Positions 45,343-55,448 are shown, counted from the stretch's first letter. The stretch is DNA of 64,000 nt from Candidatus Anstonellaceae archaeon (GCA_038887295.1 JAWAKW010000001.1:238115-302114), one strand, 5' to 3'. Notes: generated by a model from the letters alone, not told the origin. Made by a program: numbers and translations.

Positions 45343-46989
45343 GTGGCTTACGCATCCAAGGCATATGATGCTGCCAGGCTGCAGAAAATGCTTGGCAGGA
45401 TTCCTGCCTACAAGCCAACTTCAGGTTCATTCAAGCAAGAGGCACAAAGGGAAGAGGCAGCAAATGAGGCAGCAAACCTGATTTTGAAAAAGAAAATGGG
45501 AATAGAGGACGCAAAGCACCTCGTTTCAGAAAAATACCACATCCCGTTTTTGAAAAATTCAGAGATTCTGAAATTTGTACCTCAATCTCACAGAAAATTG
45601 CGTGAGAAGCTGCTCAAATCCCCAACCAGGACGCTTTCCGGAGTTTCCCCAATTGCAATCATGCCCCCTCCTGCGCCCTGCGGGGGAAGCTGCATTTACT
45701 GCCCAAAAGGTGAGGGCGCCCCGCAGTCTTACACCGGCTTTGAGCCAACCACCATGAGGGCAATCCAAAACGGCTACTCTGCAAGCAGGCAAATAAATGC
45801 AAGGATTGCGCAGTACCTTTCACAGGGCCACAAAGTGGACAAATGCCATCTCATTATCATGGGCGGGACTTTCCTTTACGGGTTTGATGCAGCAGCCAGG
45901 CATTCCTTCATGAAAGAGGCATTTGAAACCCTAAACAAAAAGAAGGCATCCAGCCTAAAGGAGGCAATTGACCAAAACGAGTTTGCCCCGCACAAGGCAG
46001 TAGGAGTCACCTTTGAGACCCGCCCGGATTTTGGGCTTCAGCCCCATGCAGACGAGATGCTTTTGATGGGCGGAACTCAAGTTGAGCTTGGTGTGCAGGC
46101 GCTTTCCAATAGAGTATACAAAATTGTAAAAAGAGGCCACAGCATTGCAGATGTAATTGCCTCCACCCAGGCACTCAAGGACAGCGGGTTTAAGGTGTGT
46201 TACCATATGATGCCAGGACTCTTTTCCACCCCTTCCCAGGATCTCTCATACTTCCGAAAGCTCTTTTCCAGCCAGGATTTCCAACCTGATATGCTCAAAA
46301 TCTATCCTGCACTTGTTCTGCGCGGCACCGGACTTTACCAGCTTTGGAAGCAGGGCAAATTTTCCCCCTATGACACTTGGAAAGCAGCCGAAGTGATTGC
46401 GCAGGCAACAGCATTCATCCCTCCCTATGTACGCGTGATGAGGATACAGCGAGATATCCCCTCGCCTTTGGTCGAAGCAGGAGTAAAAAATTCCAACCTT
46501 GCCCAAATTGTGGAAGAGAAATTAAGGCAGATGGGGCGGAAATGCCGCTGTATCCGCTGCAGGGAAGCAGGGGCTGCTCAGCGCAAAAGCCAAACCTTGC
46601 GCCCTCTCAAATTGGAGCTTCAAAGAATGGATTACAAAGCATCTGGCGGAAAAGAGATCTTCCTTTCATTCGAGGATAGCAGCCAAGATGTGCTTGCTGG
46701 CTTTCTTCGGCTTCGGCTGCCTGGCAAGCCGCATCGGCCTGAGCTTGAGGACGCATGCGTGATACGCGAGCTTCATGTTTATGGCCAGGAAGTGGCCATT
46801 GGGGTGCGTGAGCAAGGCAAGCTTCAGCACAAGGGGATCGGCAGCCGCCTCCTTTCAGCTGCCGAGGAGATCGCAAAGGAGGAGTTTGGGACATCCAGGC
46901 TTTGCGTGATTTCAGGGCCTGGCGCCCGAGGCTATTACCGCAAAAAAGGGTACTTTTTGGCCGGGCCTTATATGGCAAAGAACCTGTGA
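45343..46989 (+). CDS. elp3: Elp3-family radical-SAM/GNAT tRNA-modifying acetyltransferase
   Basis: Radical-SAM CxxxCxxC (CGGSCIYCPKG). C-terminal GNAT (QHKGIGSRLL). Confidence 0.85.
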   Translation: MAYASKAYDAARLQKMLGRIPAYKPTSGSFKQEAQREEAANEAANLILKKKMGIEDAKHLVSEKYHIPFLKNSEILKFVPQSHRKLREKLLKSPTRTLSGVSPIAIMPPPAPCGGSCIYCPKGEGAPQSYTGFEPTTMRAIQNGYSASRQINARIAQYLSQGHKVDKCHLIIMGGTFLYGFDAAARHSFMKEAFETLNKKKASSLKEAIDQNEFAPHKAVGVTFETRPDFGLQPHADEMLLMGGTQVELGVQALSNRVYKIVKRGHSIADVIASTQALKDSGFKVCYHMMPGLFSTPSQDLSYFRKLFSSQDFQPDMLKIYPALVLRGTGLYQLWKQGKFSPYDTWKAAEVIAQATAFIPPYVRVMRIQRDIPSPLVEAGVKNSNLAQIVEEKLRQMGRKCRCIRCREAGAAQRKSQTLRPLKLELQRMDYKASGGKEIFLSFEDSSQDVLAGFLRLRLPGKPHRPELEDACVIRELHVYGQEVAIGVREQGKLQHKGIGSRLLSAAEEIAKEEFGTSRLCVISGPGARGYYRKKGYFLAGPYMAKNL

Positions 46990-48302
46990 GTGCTTCAGCG
47001 TTGTTTTTAAATTTCAATGCAGCCACTCTTGCAGGTGTTTTCTTGTCCAAAATTGTTCGTGTGCATGCAAGGGAAGTTTTGGATTCTCGCGGCAACCCCA
47101 CCATTCAAGTGGAGGTTTTTTCGCAAAAAGGCGTTGGGACGGCAATTGCGCCTGCAGGGGCATCCACCGGCGCCCACGAGGCAGTTGAGCTTCGTGATGG
47201 TGGAAGCAGGCTTGGAGGCAAAGGGGTGCAAAAAGCAATTGCTGCAGTGAATGGTGAGATTTCATCAGCTCTCAAAGGAGTAGAGGTCTCAAATCAAAAA
47301 AGGATTGACAGCATCCTTTGCAAATTGGATGGCACCTCAAACAAATGCCGCCTCGGCGCAAATTCCACAACCGCAGTCTCAATTGCAGCTGCGAAATGTG
47401 CAGCATCAGAAAAAAAAGTCGGGCTTTATCGCATTCTTGGCAAATCATTCCTTCTGCCATGTCCTTTCCTTAACGTGATAAATGGCGGCAAACACTCTGG
47501 AAGCGGGCTTTCAATTCAGGAATTCATGCTGGTTCCTTTGGGGTTCAGAAAATTTTCAGAGGCTTTGTTTGCAGCAGCAGAAGTATATCATGCTTTGGGC
47601 AAACTGATTTCCAAAAAATACGGGAGAATTTTCCTTGGAGTAGGAGATGAAGGAGGCTTTGCTCCACCATGCAAAAGCGCGCACGAAGCCCTCAAGCTTC
47701 TTGAGGATGCGGTTTTGGAGTGCGGCTTTGGGGGCAAAATAAAATTTGCAATTGATGCAGCCGCCTCCTCATTTTTCCAGCCTGCCTCAAAATCCTATCT
47801 TCTGGACGGCAAGCTACTTTCCCCGCCTCAATTGCTGGATTTTTATGCACAGCTTGCATCCTCATTTCCGATAGTTTCAATTGAAGACCCATTTGAAGAA
47901 GAAGCATTTGCAGACTTTGCGCTCCTTCGCAAACGTTTGGCAGGCAAAGTCCAAATTGTCGGGGACGACCTTTTTGTCACCAACATCTCAAGAATAAGGC
48001 ATGGGATAAAGCAGGCTTCTGCTTCAGCTTTGCTTTTGAAGGTCAACCAAATCGGCACTTTAAGCGAGGCTCTGCACGCAGCCTCAGTTTGCAAAAGGCA
48101 CAAAATGGCAGTAATGGTCTCACACCGCTCTGGAGACAGTGAGGATGCTGCAATTGCAGACCTTGCGGTGGGGATTGGCTGCGGGCAAATCAAATCCGGC
48201 GCGCCAGCCCGCTCGGAAAGGACTGCCAAATACAACCGCCTTATACAAATAGAAGAGGAGCTTGAAGGAAAGTTTGCACAAGACCGCACGCTCAAATTCT
48301 AA
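46986..48302 (+). CDS. eno: Enolase
   Basis: AREVLDSRGNPTIQVEV and catalytic ...SHRSGDSED... Probable GTG start overlapping the elp3 stop; the listed ORF's upstream extension overlaps elp3. Confidence 0.85.
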   Translation: MSASALFLNFNAATLAGVFLSKIVRVHAREVLDSRGNPTIQVEVFSQKGVGTAIAPAGASTGAHEAVELRDGGSRLGGKGVQKAIAAVNGEISSALKGVEVSNQKRIDSILCKLDGTSNKCRLGANSTTAVSIAAAKCAASEKKVGLYRILGKSFLLPCPFLNVINGGKHSGSGLSIQEFMLVPLGFRKFSEALFAAAEVYHALGKLISKKYGRIFLGVGDEGGFAPPCKSAHEALKLLEDAVLECGFGGKIKFAIDAAASSFFQPASKSYLLDGKLLSPPQLLDFYAQLASSFPIVSIEDPFEEEAFADFALLRKRLAGKVQIVGDDLFVTNISRIRHGIKQASASALLLKVNQIGTLSEALHAASVCKRHKMAVMVSHRSGDSEDAAIADLAVGIGCGQIKSGAPARSERTAKYNRLIQIEEELEGKFAQDRTLKF

Positions 48303-48616
48303 TCCAGCCCATACTTTTTCTTTATCCCAACTTCAGGATGATTGGCAACTTCGTTCAGCTGAGCCACCAAATAAGAGGCAAGCTTTTTTGCAACCTCTGC
48401 TTCCTCCTTGCCCATAATGGCATAATTGCTTTGTATGTTGCTTCTCCACTCCCACTGTGCGGCTATCTTGCTTTTGTTCCCGTCCCTTTCAATTTCATGC
48501 AGCCCAATAAGGACAAGCAAGTATGGTCGCCCCTCATTTTCCTCCAAAAGCTTTGCACCAGTTTCATCTGCAATTTTACGAAGCTTCTGCTCAGCTTCCT
48601 TTAATTTAGCTTCCAT
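48299..48616 (-). CDS. Hypothetical protein (105 aa)
   Basis: ORF overlapping the enolase stop. Confidence 0.35.
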   Translation of the reverse strand: MEAKLKEAEQKLRKIADETGAKLLEENEGRPYLLVLIGLHEIERDGNKSKIAAQWEWRSNIQSNYAIMGKEEAEVAKKLASYLVAQLNEVANHPEVGIKKKYGLD

Positions 48617-48660
48617 GAATAAATCCTTCTAGCCATATTTTTAAGCATATTTGGCAAGGG

Positions 48661-49188
48661 GTGGTGAAATTGGATTTTTTTGAGGCGGTCCAAAGGAGGG
48701 TTTCTGTAAGAGAATTCCTTCCAAAAGAAATCGGAGAGGAAAATCTCCACAAGATTCTGTCTGCAGTCATGCTTGCGCCTTCTGCAGGCAATCTGCAAGC
48801 TTTCAGAGTGGTGCTGGTAAAGGATGCAAAGCTAAAGGAAAAAATTGCAGCTGCGTCATTTGAGCAGGACTTCATTTCGCAAGCCCCTCTGGTGCTTGTT
48901 TTCTTGGCTGACCGCAAGCGCTCACAAGCAAAATACGGCACTCGCGGCGCAAGCCTTTATTGCATCCAAGACGCAACAATTGCAGCAGCCTACTGCCAGC
49001 TTGCAGCAACAGCACTCGGATTGGGAAGCGTATGGGTAGGGGCATTTGAAGAGGAAACAATCGCCTTGCTGGTGCGGGCAAAGCCCCATGAGATTCCCGT
49101 GGCAGTGCTTCCGATTGGCTACCCAGCCTGCCAGCAAGAGCGGCCTCCTAGGCCAAATTTGGCTCAAAAAATAGCTTATGTGCCCTAG
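48661..49188 (+). CDS. Nitroreductase-family protein
   Basis: RRSVREFLP N-terminal motif. About 175 aa. FMN-binding pattern. Confidence 0.7.
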   Translation: MVKLDFFEAVQRRVSVREFLPKEIGEENLHKILSAVMLAPSAGNLQAFRVVLVKDAKLKEKIAAASFEQDFISQAPLVLVFLADRKRSQAKYGTRGASLYCIQDATIAAAYCQLAATALGLGSVWVGAFEEETIALLVRAKPHEIPVAVLPIGYPACQQERPPRPNLAQKIAYVP

Positions 49189-49199
49189 CGGCTTCACGC

Positions 49200-49700
49200 T
49201 GTTACCATCTGATTTTTTGCCATGTTTCTTCCACCTGTTCCTTCTTTGTTTTTAGCATCATTCACGATACGGCTCTCATATAAGACAGAAATAAGCGCCT
49301 TGTCGCTTGGATTTTCTACAGCATCTATGAGTTTGTCAATATCCTCTTTTGTAAGGCCAACGGTAGAATCTCTTGAGCGTTACTCTGTAGACTCCCCTGG
49401 TGACTGGTCTAAGCTTATCGTTTCGCTCTGTCTTGGCTAATATTGTCTTAATGTCTGCTTTGGAAGCCTTCTCTTTGAAAGGCTTTTCAAGCATTCTGGC
49501 AAGAGGCCATATCCTTGAGCCTAGATCAGTATCCTATCCGCAGTCAGCCCGTAGCAGAGCAATTGTCAAAAAGCAAGCTCAGAGTTCTTTATTTTCTGTA
49601 TCCGCCACTGCAGTCTATCCTTATTTCCGTAGATGTCTTGTTTCTCCATGAGTAACACCCTTTCATCCACCCCTTTATTAGGAAGTGTCCTTGGCGCTAC
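49200..49700 (-). pseudogene. Decayed tyrosine-recombinase (integrase) gene fragment with multiple frameshifts
   Basis: Minus-strand translation gives MEKQDIYGNKDRLQWRIQKIKNSELAF*, then in another frame ...MLEKPFKEKASKADIKTILAKTERNDKLRPVTRGVYRVTLKRFYRW..., then LTKEDIDKLIDAVENPSDKALISVLYESRI.... This is the integrase pattern Lt.eei.kLl.a...rd.ali.llyetGlR, truncated soon after. No ORF of 60 aa or more in the listed track covers this. Confidence 0.45.
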
Positions 49701-49715
49701 CATTTCTGTCCGACA

Positions 49716-49788
49716 CGCCCCGGGCAGGACTTGAACCTGCGACCTGTGGATTAACAGTCCACCGCTCTACCAACTGAGCTACCGAGGC
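49716..49788 (-). tRNA. tRNA-Asn (anticodon GUU)
   Basis: Minus strand GCCUCGG-UA-GCUC-AGUUGGUA-GAGC-G-GUGGA-CUGUUAA-UCCAC-AGGUC-GCAGG-UUCAAGU-CCUGC-CCGGGGC-G. 73 nt. Confidence 0.8.
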
Positions 49789-49790
49789 AA

Positions 49791-49883
49791 TGCCACAGGC
49801 CGGATTTGAACCAGCAACACATCGGTTTCAGAACTCATTTTGAGTCTTCAGCCGATTGCTCTCCCAGGTTGAGCTACTGTGGC
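49791..49883 (-). tRNA. tRNA-Phe (anticodon GAA) with a 19-nt intron at 37/38
   Basis: Acceptor GCCACAG/CUGUGGC with discriminator A. D-arm GCUC-AACCUGGGA-GAGC. Anticodon stem AUCGG/CCGAU with loop CU-GAA-G, the intron, then A. T-arm GCUGG-UUCAAAU-CCGGC. Lies 2 nt from tRNA-Asn. Confidence 0.75.
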
Positions 49884-49965
49884 ACCGTTGCTTGTTTGTG
49901 CAGTTGTGATTATAAAAGATTAGCTTTTTCAAAGCGATTATATTGCTTGTGCAAGGAAGATTTGC

Positions 49966-50391
49966 ATGGCCTGGAAGATCGATGAAGTGGACAGGAAAAT
50001 CTTGCAGCTTTTGCAAAACGATGCACGCATGACAAACGAAAAGATTGGCAAAAAGGTGGGGCTTTCAGAGCCTGCAGTCAGGCGAAGGATAAAGAATCTG
50101 GTTCAGCAAGAGATAATAAAGCGATTTACAGTTGACATAGCAGAAAGCTGGAGCATCAGTGCATTGGTGCTGGTCTCAACTTCTCCAGACGCCAACCAAG
50201 AAAAGCTGATGAAATTGATTTGCATGCAGGAATGGGTCAAGTCCGCATGGGAAATCTCAGGAGAGATGGACATTGCAGTGATAGTGTGCGCTCCAGATGT
50301 CGATTCGCTCAACCGCTGCATAGATGAAATAAGGAAAATAAGCGGGATAGTGAAGACTCAAACCCACATAATAATGAAAAAGAGAAAATAG
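49966..50391 (+). CDS. Lrp/AsnC-family transcriptional regulator
   Basis: N-terminal HTH (DRKILQLLQNDARMTNEKIGKKVGLSEPAVRRRIKNL) plus a RAM domain. Confidence 0.8.
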   Translation: MAWKIDEVDRKILQLLQNDARMTNEKIGKKVGLSEPAVRRRIKNLVQQEIIKRFTVDIAESWSISALVLVSTSPDANQEKLMKLICMQEWVKSAWEISGEMDIAVIVCAPDVDSLNRCIDEIRKISGIVKTQTHIIMKKRK

Positions 50392-51528
50392 CTAGCTTTT
50401 CATCAACTCCGAAAATATTTTTACAAGCTGCAAATAGCTTTCTTTTGTTATCCACTCATCCGCAGAATGCTCATTTGCGCCAAGCGGCCCCACGCCTATC
50501 ACCGGAACCTCAAGCAAGGCAAGTGCATTCTCATCGGCAACCGAGGCTCCATATGTGTAGACGGGTGGGCCGGCATGCTTTCTTACCGCAACTTCCACCA
50601 ACTTTACAGCGCTGCCTTTGCGCCGAGTAATGTAAGGGGAAAGATAAGGGGTTTTGCGGGGTTTGAGGCGAACTTCAATCCTCTTTCCGTCTATCTCTTT
50701 GAATTTTCCTTTTGCATAAAGCGAGTTGATATAAGCCTGAGTTTGCTTAAGTGCACTTTCAGGCGTTTGCGGGGGGACAAGGTGGCGGTCCAGCTCAAGG
50801 ATTGCCTGCTGAGGCACTGAAAGCGAAGTGCTTTCTGCGCTTATTTTCCTGACAAATTGAGTGGGTGGAGGAAGAAGCGGATGCGAGCCAAGATGTCTAT
50901 TCATCTTTTTGAGGTGCAAAATCAACCTAGCCGCTTCCTCTATTGCATTTGTCCCGCGTGCTGCCTGCGCCCCGTGGGCAGATGCACCGGGGACAGTTAT
51001 CTCAAGCACGCACCTTCCGCGCCTCCCCAAAGTTATCTGCCTTGGCCCAAGGCACCTTCCCACCGAGGATGCAATCTCACCTGTGATTACTGCCTCTGCA
51101 TCAGATGCAAAGCCGCTTTTCAGCAAAGCAAAAGCACCTTCAGATATATTTTCCTCGTCAGCACAAAACGCAACCTTTACTTTCCTTTCAGATGCTTGCC
51201 TGCAGGCACAAAGGACTGCAGCAACCCCTGCTTTCATGTCAAATACTCCAAGGCCATAAAGTCTGCCGTCTTCCTCGGTTAAGCAGAAGGGGTCGTGCGT
51301 CCACATCCCATAAGGAGGGACAGTGTCCATATGCCCGTAAAAAAGCAGCGGCTTACCTTTTTTGCCCCTCTGCCCCACCACATTGAACCTCCCATCATCC
51401 AGCCAGATTCTTTTTGTGGAAAAGCCTGCTTGCCGGAGCTGCTCTTCAAGAAACTTGGCCAGCCGGTTTTCATTCCCAGTTATTGAATTGATGGAAACAA
51501 TCTTTTCCAGAAGGGAAACCTCATCCAT
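50392..51528 (-). CDS. M20-family metallopeptidase/deacylase (ArgE/DapE-like)
   Basis: GHMDTVP metal-binding motif, and D/E/H ligands. Confidence 0.75.
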   Translation of the reverse strand: MDEVSLLEKIVSINSITGNENRLAKFLEEQLRQAGFSTKRIWLDDGRFNVVGQRGKKGKPLLFYGHMDTVPPYGMWTHDPFCLTEEDGRLYGLGVFDMKAGVAAVLCACRQASERKVKVAFCADEENISEGAFALLKSGFASDAEAVITGEIASSVGRCLGPRQITLGRRGRCVLEITVPGASAHGAQAARGTNAIEEAARLILHLKKMNRHLGSHPLLPPPTQFVRKISAESTSLSVPQQAILELDRHLVPPQTPESALKQTQAYINSLYAKGKFKEIDGKRIEVRLKPRKTPYLSPYITRRKGSAVKLVEVAVRKHAGPPVYTYGASVADENALALLEVPVIGVGPLGANEHSADEWITKESYLQLVKIFSELMKS

Positions 51529-51536
51529 CCAACCGC

Positions 51537-52496
51537 CTATTTTGCATAAAAGACTTGGAGAGATTCATATTCATAGTTTTGCTGGTAGTTGAAATTGCGG
51601 TCGCTTACTAGCACGCAATGGAACGGCAGCCTGCCTGCATACTCCATTCCGGCTTCGCGAGAGGATTTCAGCACAGGAAGCCACGGCGCACGGTCTTCTG
51701 CATAAATTAGTGCCTCAGGATAGATGCTTCGGATGAGGTTTATGGCTGCAATCTGCAAGGCAGTAATCAGTCCCTTGCCTCTTTCTGCCTTAAAGGTGGC
51801 AAAATCCGAAAGCTCAAAAAGCCTCACCAAACGCCCATCTATCTCAAAACTGCACCCTTCTGCAATAAGCACCGACACAATTTTTCCTTCTACATTCCTT
51901 GCAAGCACTACCCTATTGCCATTGCTCAGCATATAGTTTATTGTATCCTCGTTTATTTCAAAAGTGTATTTGGCATACGCCTCGGAATACAAATTCAGCA
52001 AGGTGCGAATATCTTCCTTGCCTTGCGCAGAAAAGCAGATGCGGTATCCGCAGCTTTCCACCCTTTCAAATGCCTTCTGCTGCGGAATAGGGCTGACTGA
52101 GGAAAGCACATAGCGTATGTTTTCTATCTCGTTTTTGGTGGTTTCAGCATCAGGCATCCTTTCTGGCTTGTTTGCCCCAAAATACACTAAGTCAAACCCT
52201 TTAATTGCCCTGTCTGCAGGCATTTTGGCTTCCACTTCAAATTTTGCAACCTTACTTATCCCGTCAATCAGGCCTTTGCGTACAAATGCCCTCACAGTGG
52301 TTCTGGTCGCAGAGGGATTTTTGCTTTCAAAATCAGCCACTTTCAAAAAAAGTTCTTCCAAATCCACTTTCTTGCAGATGAGCTTTCCGTATATCCCCTT
52401 TATCCTGCGATTGTGCTCATCATAGTGAAGGCCGACAGAGCCTATGCTGCCAACATTTGCCTTCTTTGCGTATGCAACTGCCTGTTCAAGTGCCAT
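51537..52496 (-). CDS. Hypothetical protein with a possible C-terminal GNAT-like acetyltransferase domain
   Basis: The C-terminal half has a weak GNAT pattern (...RGKGLITALQIAAINL...). The N-terminal half is unassigned. Confidence 0.35.
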   Translation of the reverse strand: MALEQAVAYAKKANVGSIGSVGLHYDEHNRRIKGIYGKLICKKVDLEELFLKVADFESKNPSATRTTVRAFVRKGLIDGISKVAKFEVEAKMPADRAIKGFDLVYFGANKPERMPDAETTKNEIENIRYVLSSVSPIPQQKAFERVESCGYRICFSAQGKEDIRTLLNLYSEAYAKYTFEINEDTINYMLSNGNRVVLARNVEGKIVSVLIAEGCSFEIDGRLVRLFELSDFATFKAERGKGLITALQIAAINLIRSIYPEALIYAEDRAPWLPVLKSSREAGMEYAGRLPFHCVLVSDRNFNYQQNYEYESLQVFYAK

Positions 52497-52600
52497 TTTT
52501 ATCGCAAGTTAAATTGTCAGAAGTTTTTATAAATGTTGACTTTTTTCGTTTAAATATTTTGAAAAATTGGAATACTTTCAAAAAAATTTAACGAAATTCG
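52497..52600. promoter_or_regulatory. AT-rich region with nested palindromes and TTCGTT/AACGAA half-sites upstream of 51537-52496
   Basis: TTCGTTTAAAT...TTGAAAAATTGGAATACTTTCAAAAA...TTAACGAAATTCGTTAA (17-nt palindrome). Confidence 0.35.
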
Positions 52601-53074
52601 TTAAATTTCCGCCTTCAGCCTCATGTGTTCTTTCATCATGCACCTATCCATTACAAAAAAGATGCCTGCCTGCTTTGCTATTGTTTGGGCTTGCGGGCTT
52701 ATCACCTCCTCTTGAAGCCAAACAGCCTTTGCCCCTACCCTTATTGCCTCATGCACCAGCGGCGGCACCGCCTCTGGCTTCCTGAAAACATCCACCACAT
52801 CTATTTGGTGAGGGACTGCGGCAAGCTCAGGATAGCTTTTTTTACCCATCCATTCCTGCAAGTTAGGGTTGATAGGCACCACTTCATAGCCTTGGCTTGC
52901 AAGGTAGCTTGCAACATGAAAACTAGGGCGGTCCTGCTTGTCAGAAATCCCAACAATTGCAACCCTTTTCATCCCTAATATCTTTTTGATAATCTCCTTT
53001 TCGCCAGGAAGATATTCTCTGGTTGGAAGGCAGATATTGGAAGGTTTCTCCTCTTTATTCACCTGCACCACCAC
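52601..53074 (-). CDS. CoA-binding domain protein
   Basis: RVAIVGISDKQDRPSFHVASYLASQGYEVVPINP is typical of CoA_binding_2/YccU-like proteins. Confidence 0.65.
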   Translation of the reverse strand: MVVQVNKEEKPSNICLPTREYLPGEKEIIKKILGMKRVAIVGISDKQDRPSFHVASYLASQGYEVVPINPNLQEWMGKKSYPELAAVPHQIDVVDVFRKPEAVPPLVHEAIRVGAKAVWLQEEVISPQAQTIAKQAGIFFVMDRCMMKEHMRLKAEI

Positions 53075-54155
53075 CCATTGCTTTTTTTATTGCCTCAATT
53101 GGCGCATTGGTCCTCACCGCAGTTGGGCAAAAGTGCGTCCTTGAGGCAGCAAACCCTTCTGCACGCAGTGCAGAAACCATTTTGTTTACTGAGATGATTC
53201 CCTGCTTTGTTTTGGAGGCAATCTCATGCAAGTCGTAATAGCCATATCTTCCAATTTCGCATTCCTGCCAAAGCAGCAAAAGCAGTCTGGAAATTTCATC
53301 TTTTTCTTCAAAGTTTTTGCTTTGATTTAGCTGTGTCATTTTTTCCAAGATGCTCTTTTCCCAAAGCTGGCCCATCCACAGTGGGCCTGCCCACGAAAGC
53401 TTGAAGTTGCACGCAGGGCAGGCAAGCGAGGACGGCATCCTTTCTGAAAATCTTGCCAGGCAGTTTGTGCAGTAAAGCCCAAATCCTGTGCTTTTGACAG
53501 ATTCCACTGCCCCGCGCGCCCCTTTGCGTACCTTGAAAATCACTTTTATGTAATGGCGGTGCGAAAGCGTAAAGATGGGTATTACCCCCAGGTTGAATTG
53601 CGCCGCACAGATGGCAGTTTTTCCAATCAGTATCCTTACGGCATTCTCGTGGCACATTTCGTTGTTTGCAGGCACCGCACCATAGTTTTTTATGCAAGCA
53701 GAATGATGCGCCCCGCAAAGAACTGCAGTATCTGTGGCAGTTATTGACAAGAACCCCTCCTTTTTCTTGGCAAGGCACCTGCATGCGTCAAACAGAAACA
53801 AAGCAGGGGAGCCAAAGGGGTCCAGCTCCACGAAGTCAAATTCCCCTTCTTGTAAAAACAGGGAGGCGTCCTGTTTTTTTATGCTGCATTTGACTTTGTT
53901 TGCTGAAGCATTTTTCCTTGCGCACTCCACTGCTGCTTTGCTTCGGTCACACAGCACCAAGGTTCCAACATTATCATTCTCCTTTTTGTAGCGCAGCCCC
54001 CTCACCCCACTTGCACACATTACATCTGCAACTGAAATTTCCTTTTCCAGTGCGCCAACAGCCAGGCTGCACAAAGTTCTGCATAGCCTCATCTGCGGAT
54101 TGTAGAAAACACCTTTTGGAATGGAAAGTCGAACTGCACCTTCCGTTATCCTCAT
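53055..54155 (-). CDS. trm1: tRNA (guanine26-N2)-dimethyltransferase
   Basis: Trm1 family: SAM-binding DVMCASGVRGLRY, C-terminal Cys cluster, about 366 aa. Confidence 0.8.
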   Translation of the reverse strand: MRITEGAVRLSIPKGVFYNPQMRLCRTLCSLAVGALEKEISVADVMCASGVRGLRYKKENDNVGTLVLCDRSKAAVECARKNASANKVKCSIKKQDASLFLQEGEFDFVELDPFGSPALFLFDACRCLAKKKEGFLSITATDTAVLCGAHHSACIKNYGAVPANNEMCHENAVRILIGKTAICAAQFNLGVIPIFTLSHRHYIKVIFKVRKGARGAVESVKSTGFGLYCTNCLARFSERMPSSLACPACNFKLSWAGPLWMGQLWEKSILEKMTQLNQSKNFEEKDEISRLLLLLWQECEIGRYGYYDLHEIASKTKQGIISVNKMVSALRAEGFAASRTHFCPTAVRTNAPIEAIKKAMGGGAGE

Positions 54156-54206
54156 GCTTCACTTCACTTCAGCAAGTGATAAAAAGCATTATTGGAAAAG
54201 AGGGTT

Positions 54207-55448
54207 ATGCAAGTTGAAATAAGGCGCTCTATAATTTCAGGTAGGCGCCCAGCCCCTCCTTCTGTTGCAGTTGCGCACCGTGCAATAATTGCTGCCTCAT
54301 TTGCAGACGGCCAAAGTGTGGTTTCGCCTGTCCTCCTCTCTGATTCCCTTAATGCCACCATTTCAATTTGCAACCAGCTTGGGGCAGACATAATAGTCAA
54401 AGAAGGAGTAGCAGACATAATTGGAGGGGGTGAGATTTTCCCAAAAGAAAATATAGACTGCCAGGAAAGCAACACTGCACTCAAGCTCTTTTTCGGGATA
54501 TTTTCACACCTTCCGGTTGAGGTGCGCTTTGTTGGGAAAGGGAGTCTTCTTGAGGCGAACCTTCGCCCATTCACATATTTTATAGACTATTATTCAGGTT
54601 ACACTTTCAACCCGTCCGCATCTCTCCCGCTTCAGCTTCGCGGGCCAATCCAAAGTGAGGAGATGAAATACCCTGCCTTGCTTGGCACCCAATTTCTTTC
54701 TGGCCTCATTTTGGGAGCTCCTTTCAATACCCAAACAACAGGCATTGCAATTGATGGAGATTTCAAAGACCCGCATTGCTTGCATGAAACCATAAGAATC
54801 ATGAAGCAAGCAGGAGTTGATTTTGTTGCAGACTACGATGATTTGATTATCGTGCAAGGCGAGCAGGGGTACCTTCCCCTTGGCGATTTTGAGGTTCCAA
54901 AAAACAGGAAAGCAGCATCATATTTGCTTTTGGCAGGTGCGCTTGCAGGGAAATGCACAGTGGAAGGGGTTTCAAACTATCCTCGCCTTGACGCTGTCTT
55001 TTCGCACTTTGGCGCATTAGTAAATTCGCAAGAAAATTCAATTTCAGCAAGCACCTCTTTCCTGAAGGCTTCGGACTTTGACTTAAGTACTGCAGGGGAG
55101 CTTGCCTGCCATGCGTTGGTGCTTGCTTGTCTTGCTGAAGGCCAAAGCAAGCTGATCGGCTTTCCGAAACTTCCTTGGCACCTCAAAGAGAGGCTTAAGA
55201 AGCTGAAGTTTGAGCTTTCAAAAATGGGGGCTTCAATAATTGAAATCCCTGAAGGCTTTTTGGTGGAAGGAAGAAGGCTTCATGGGGCAGAGATCGCTTG
55301 CAGCAAAGACCCGCACATTGCAATGTCCTGTGCTGCGGCCGCCCTCTGCGCCCAAGGACCCACCACTATCACTGATGCAGAATGTGCAGAAAAAATCTTC
55401 CCAGGATTTTTCCGCGAGCTTGCGCTGCTTGGCGCAATAATCCGCTAA
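54207..55448 (+). CDS. aroA: 3-Phosphoshikimate 1-carboxyvinyltransferase (EPSP synthase)
   Basis: EPT-family fold: N-terminal [31 protein letters not shown]-terminal ...[10 protein letters not shown]. Start placed at the internal Met. Confidence 0.7.
   Translation: MQVEIRRSIISGRRPAPPSVAVAHRAIIAASFADGQSVVSPVLLSDSLNATISICNQLGADIIVKEGVADIIGGGEIFPKENIDCQESNTALKLFFGIFSHLPVEVRFVGKGSLLEANLRPFTYFIDYYSGYTFNPSASLPLQLRGPIQSEEMKYPALLGTQFLSGLILGAPFNTQTTGIAIDGDFKDPHCLHETIRIMKQAGVDFVADYDDLIIVQGEQGYLPLGDFEVPKNRKAASYLLLAGALAGKCTVEGVSNYPRLDAVFSHFGALVNSQENSISASTSFLKASDFDLSTAGELACHALVLACLAEGQSKLIGFPKLPWHLKERLKKLKFELSKMGASIIEIPEGFLVEGRRLHGAEIACSKDPHIAMSCAAAALCAQGPTTITDAECAEKIFPGFFRELALLGAIIR

Noticed and set aside
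54164-54574. 136-aa minus-strand ORF at the 5' end of aroA
   Set aside because: It overlaps the EPSP synthase N-terminal motif region on the opposite strand.
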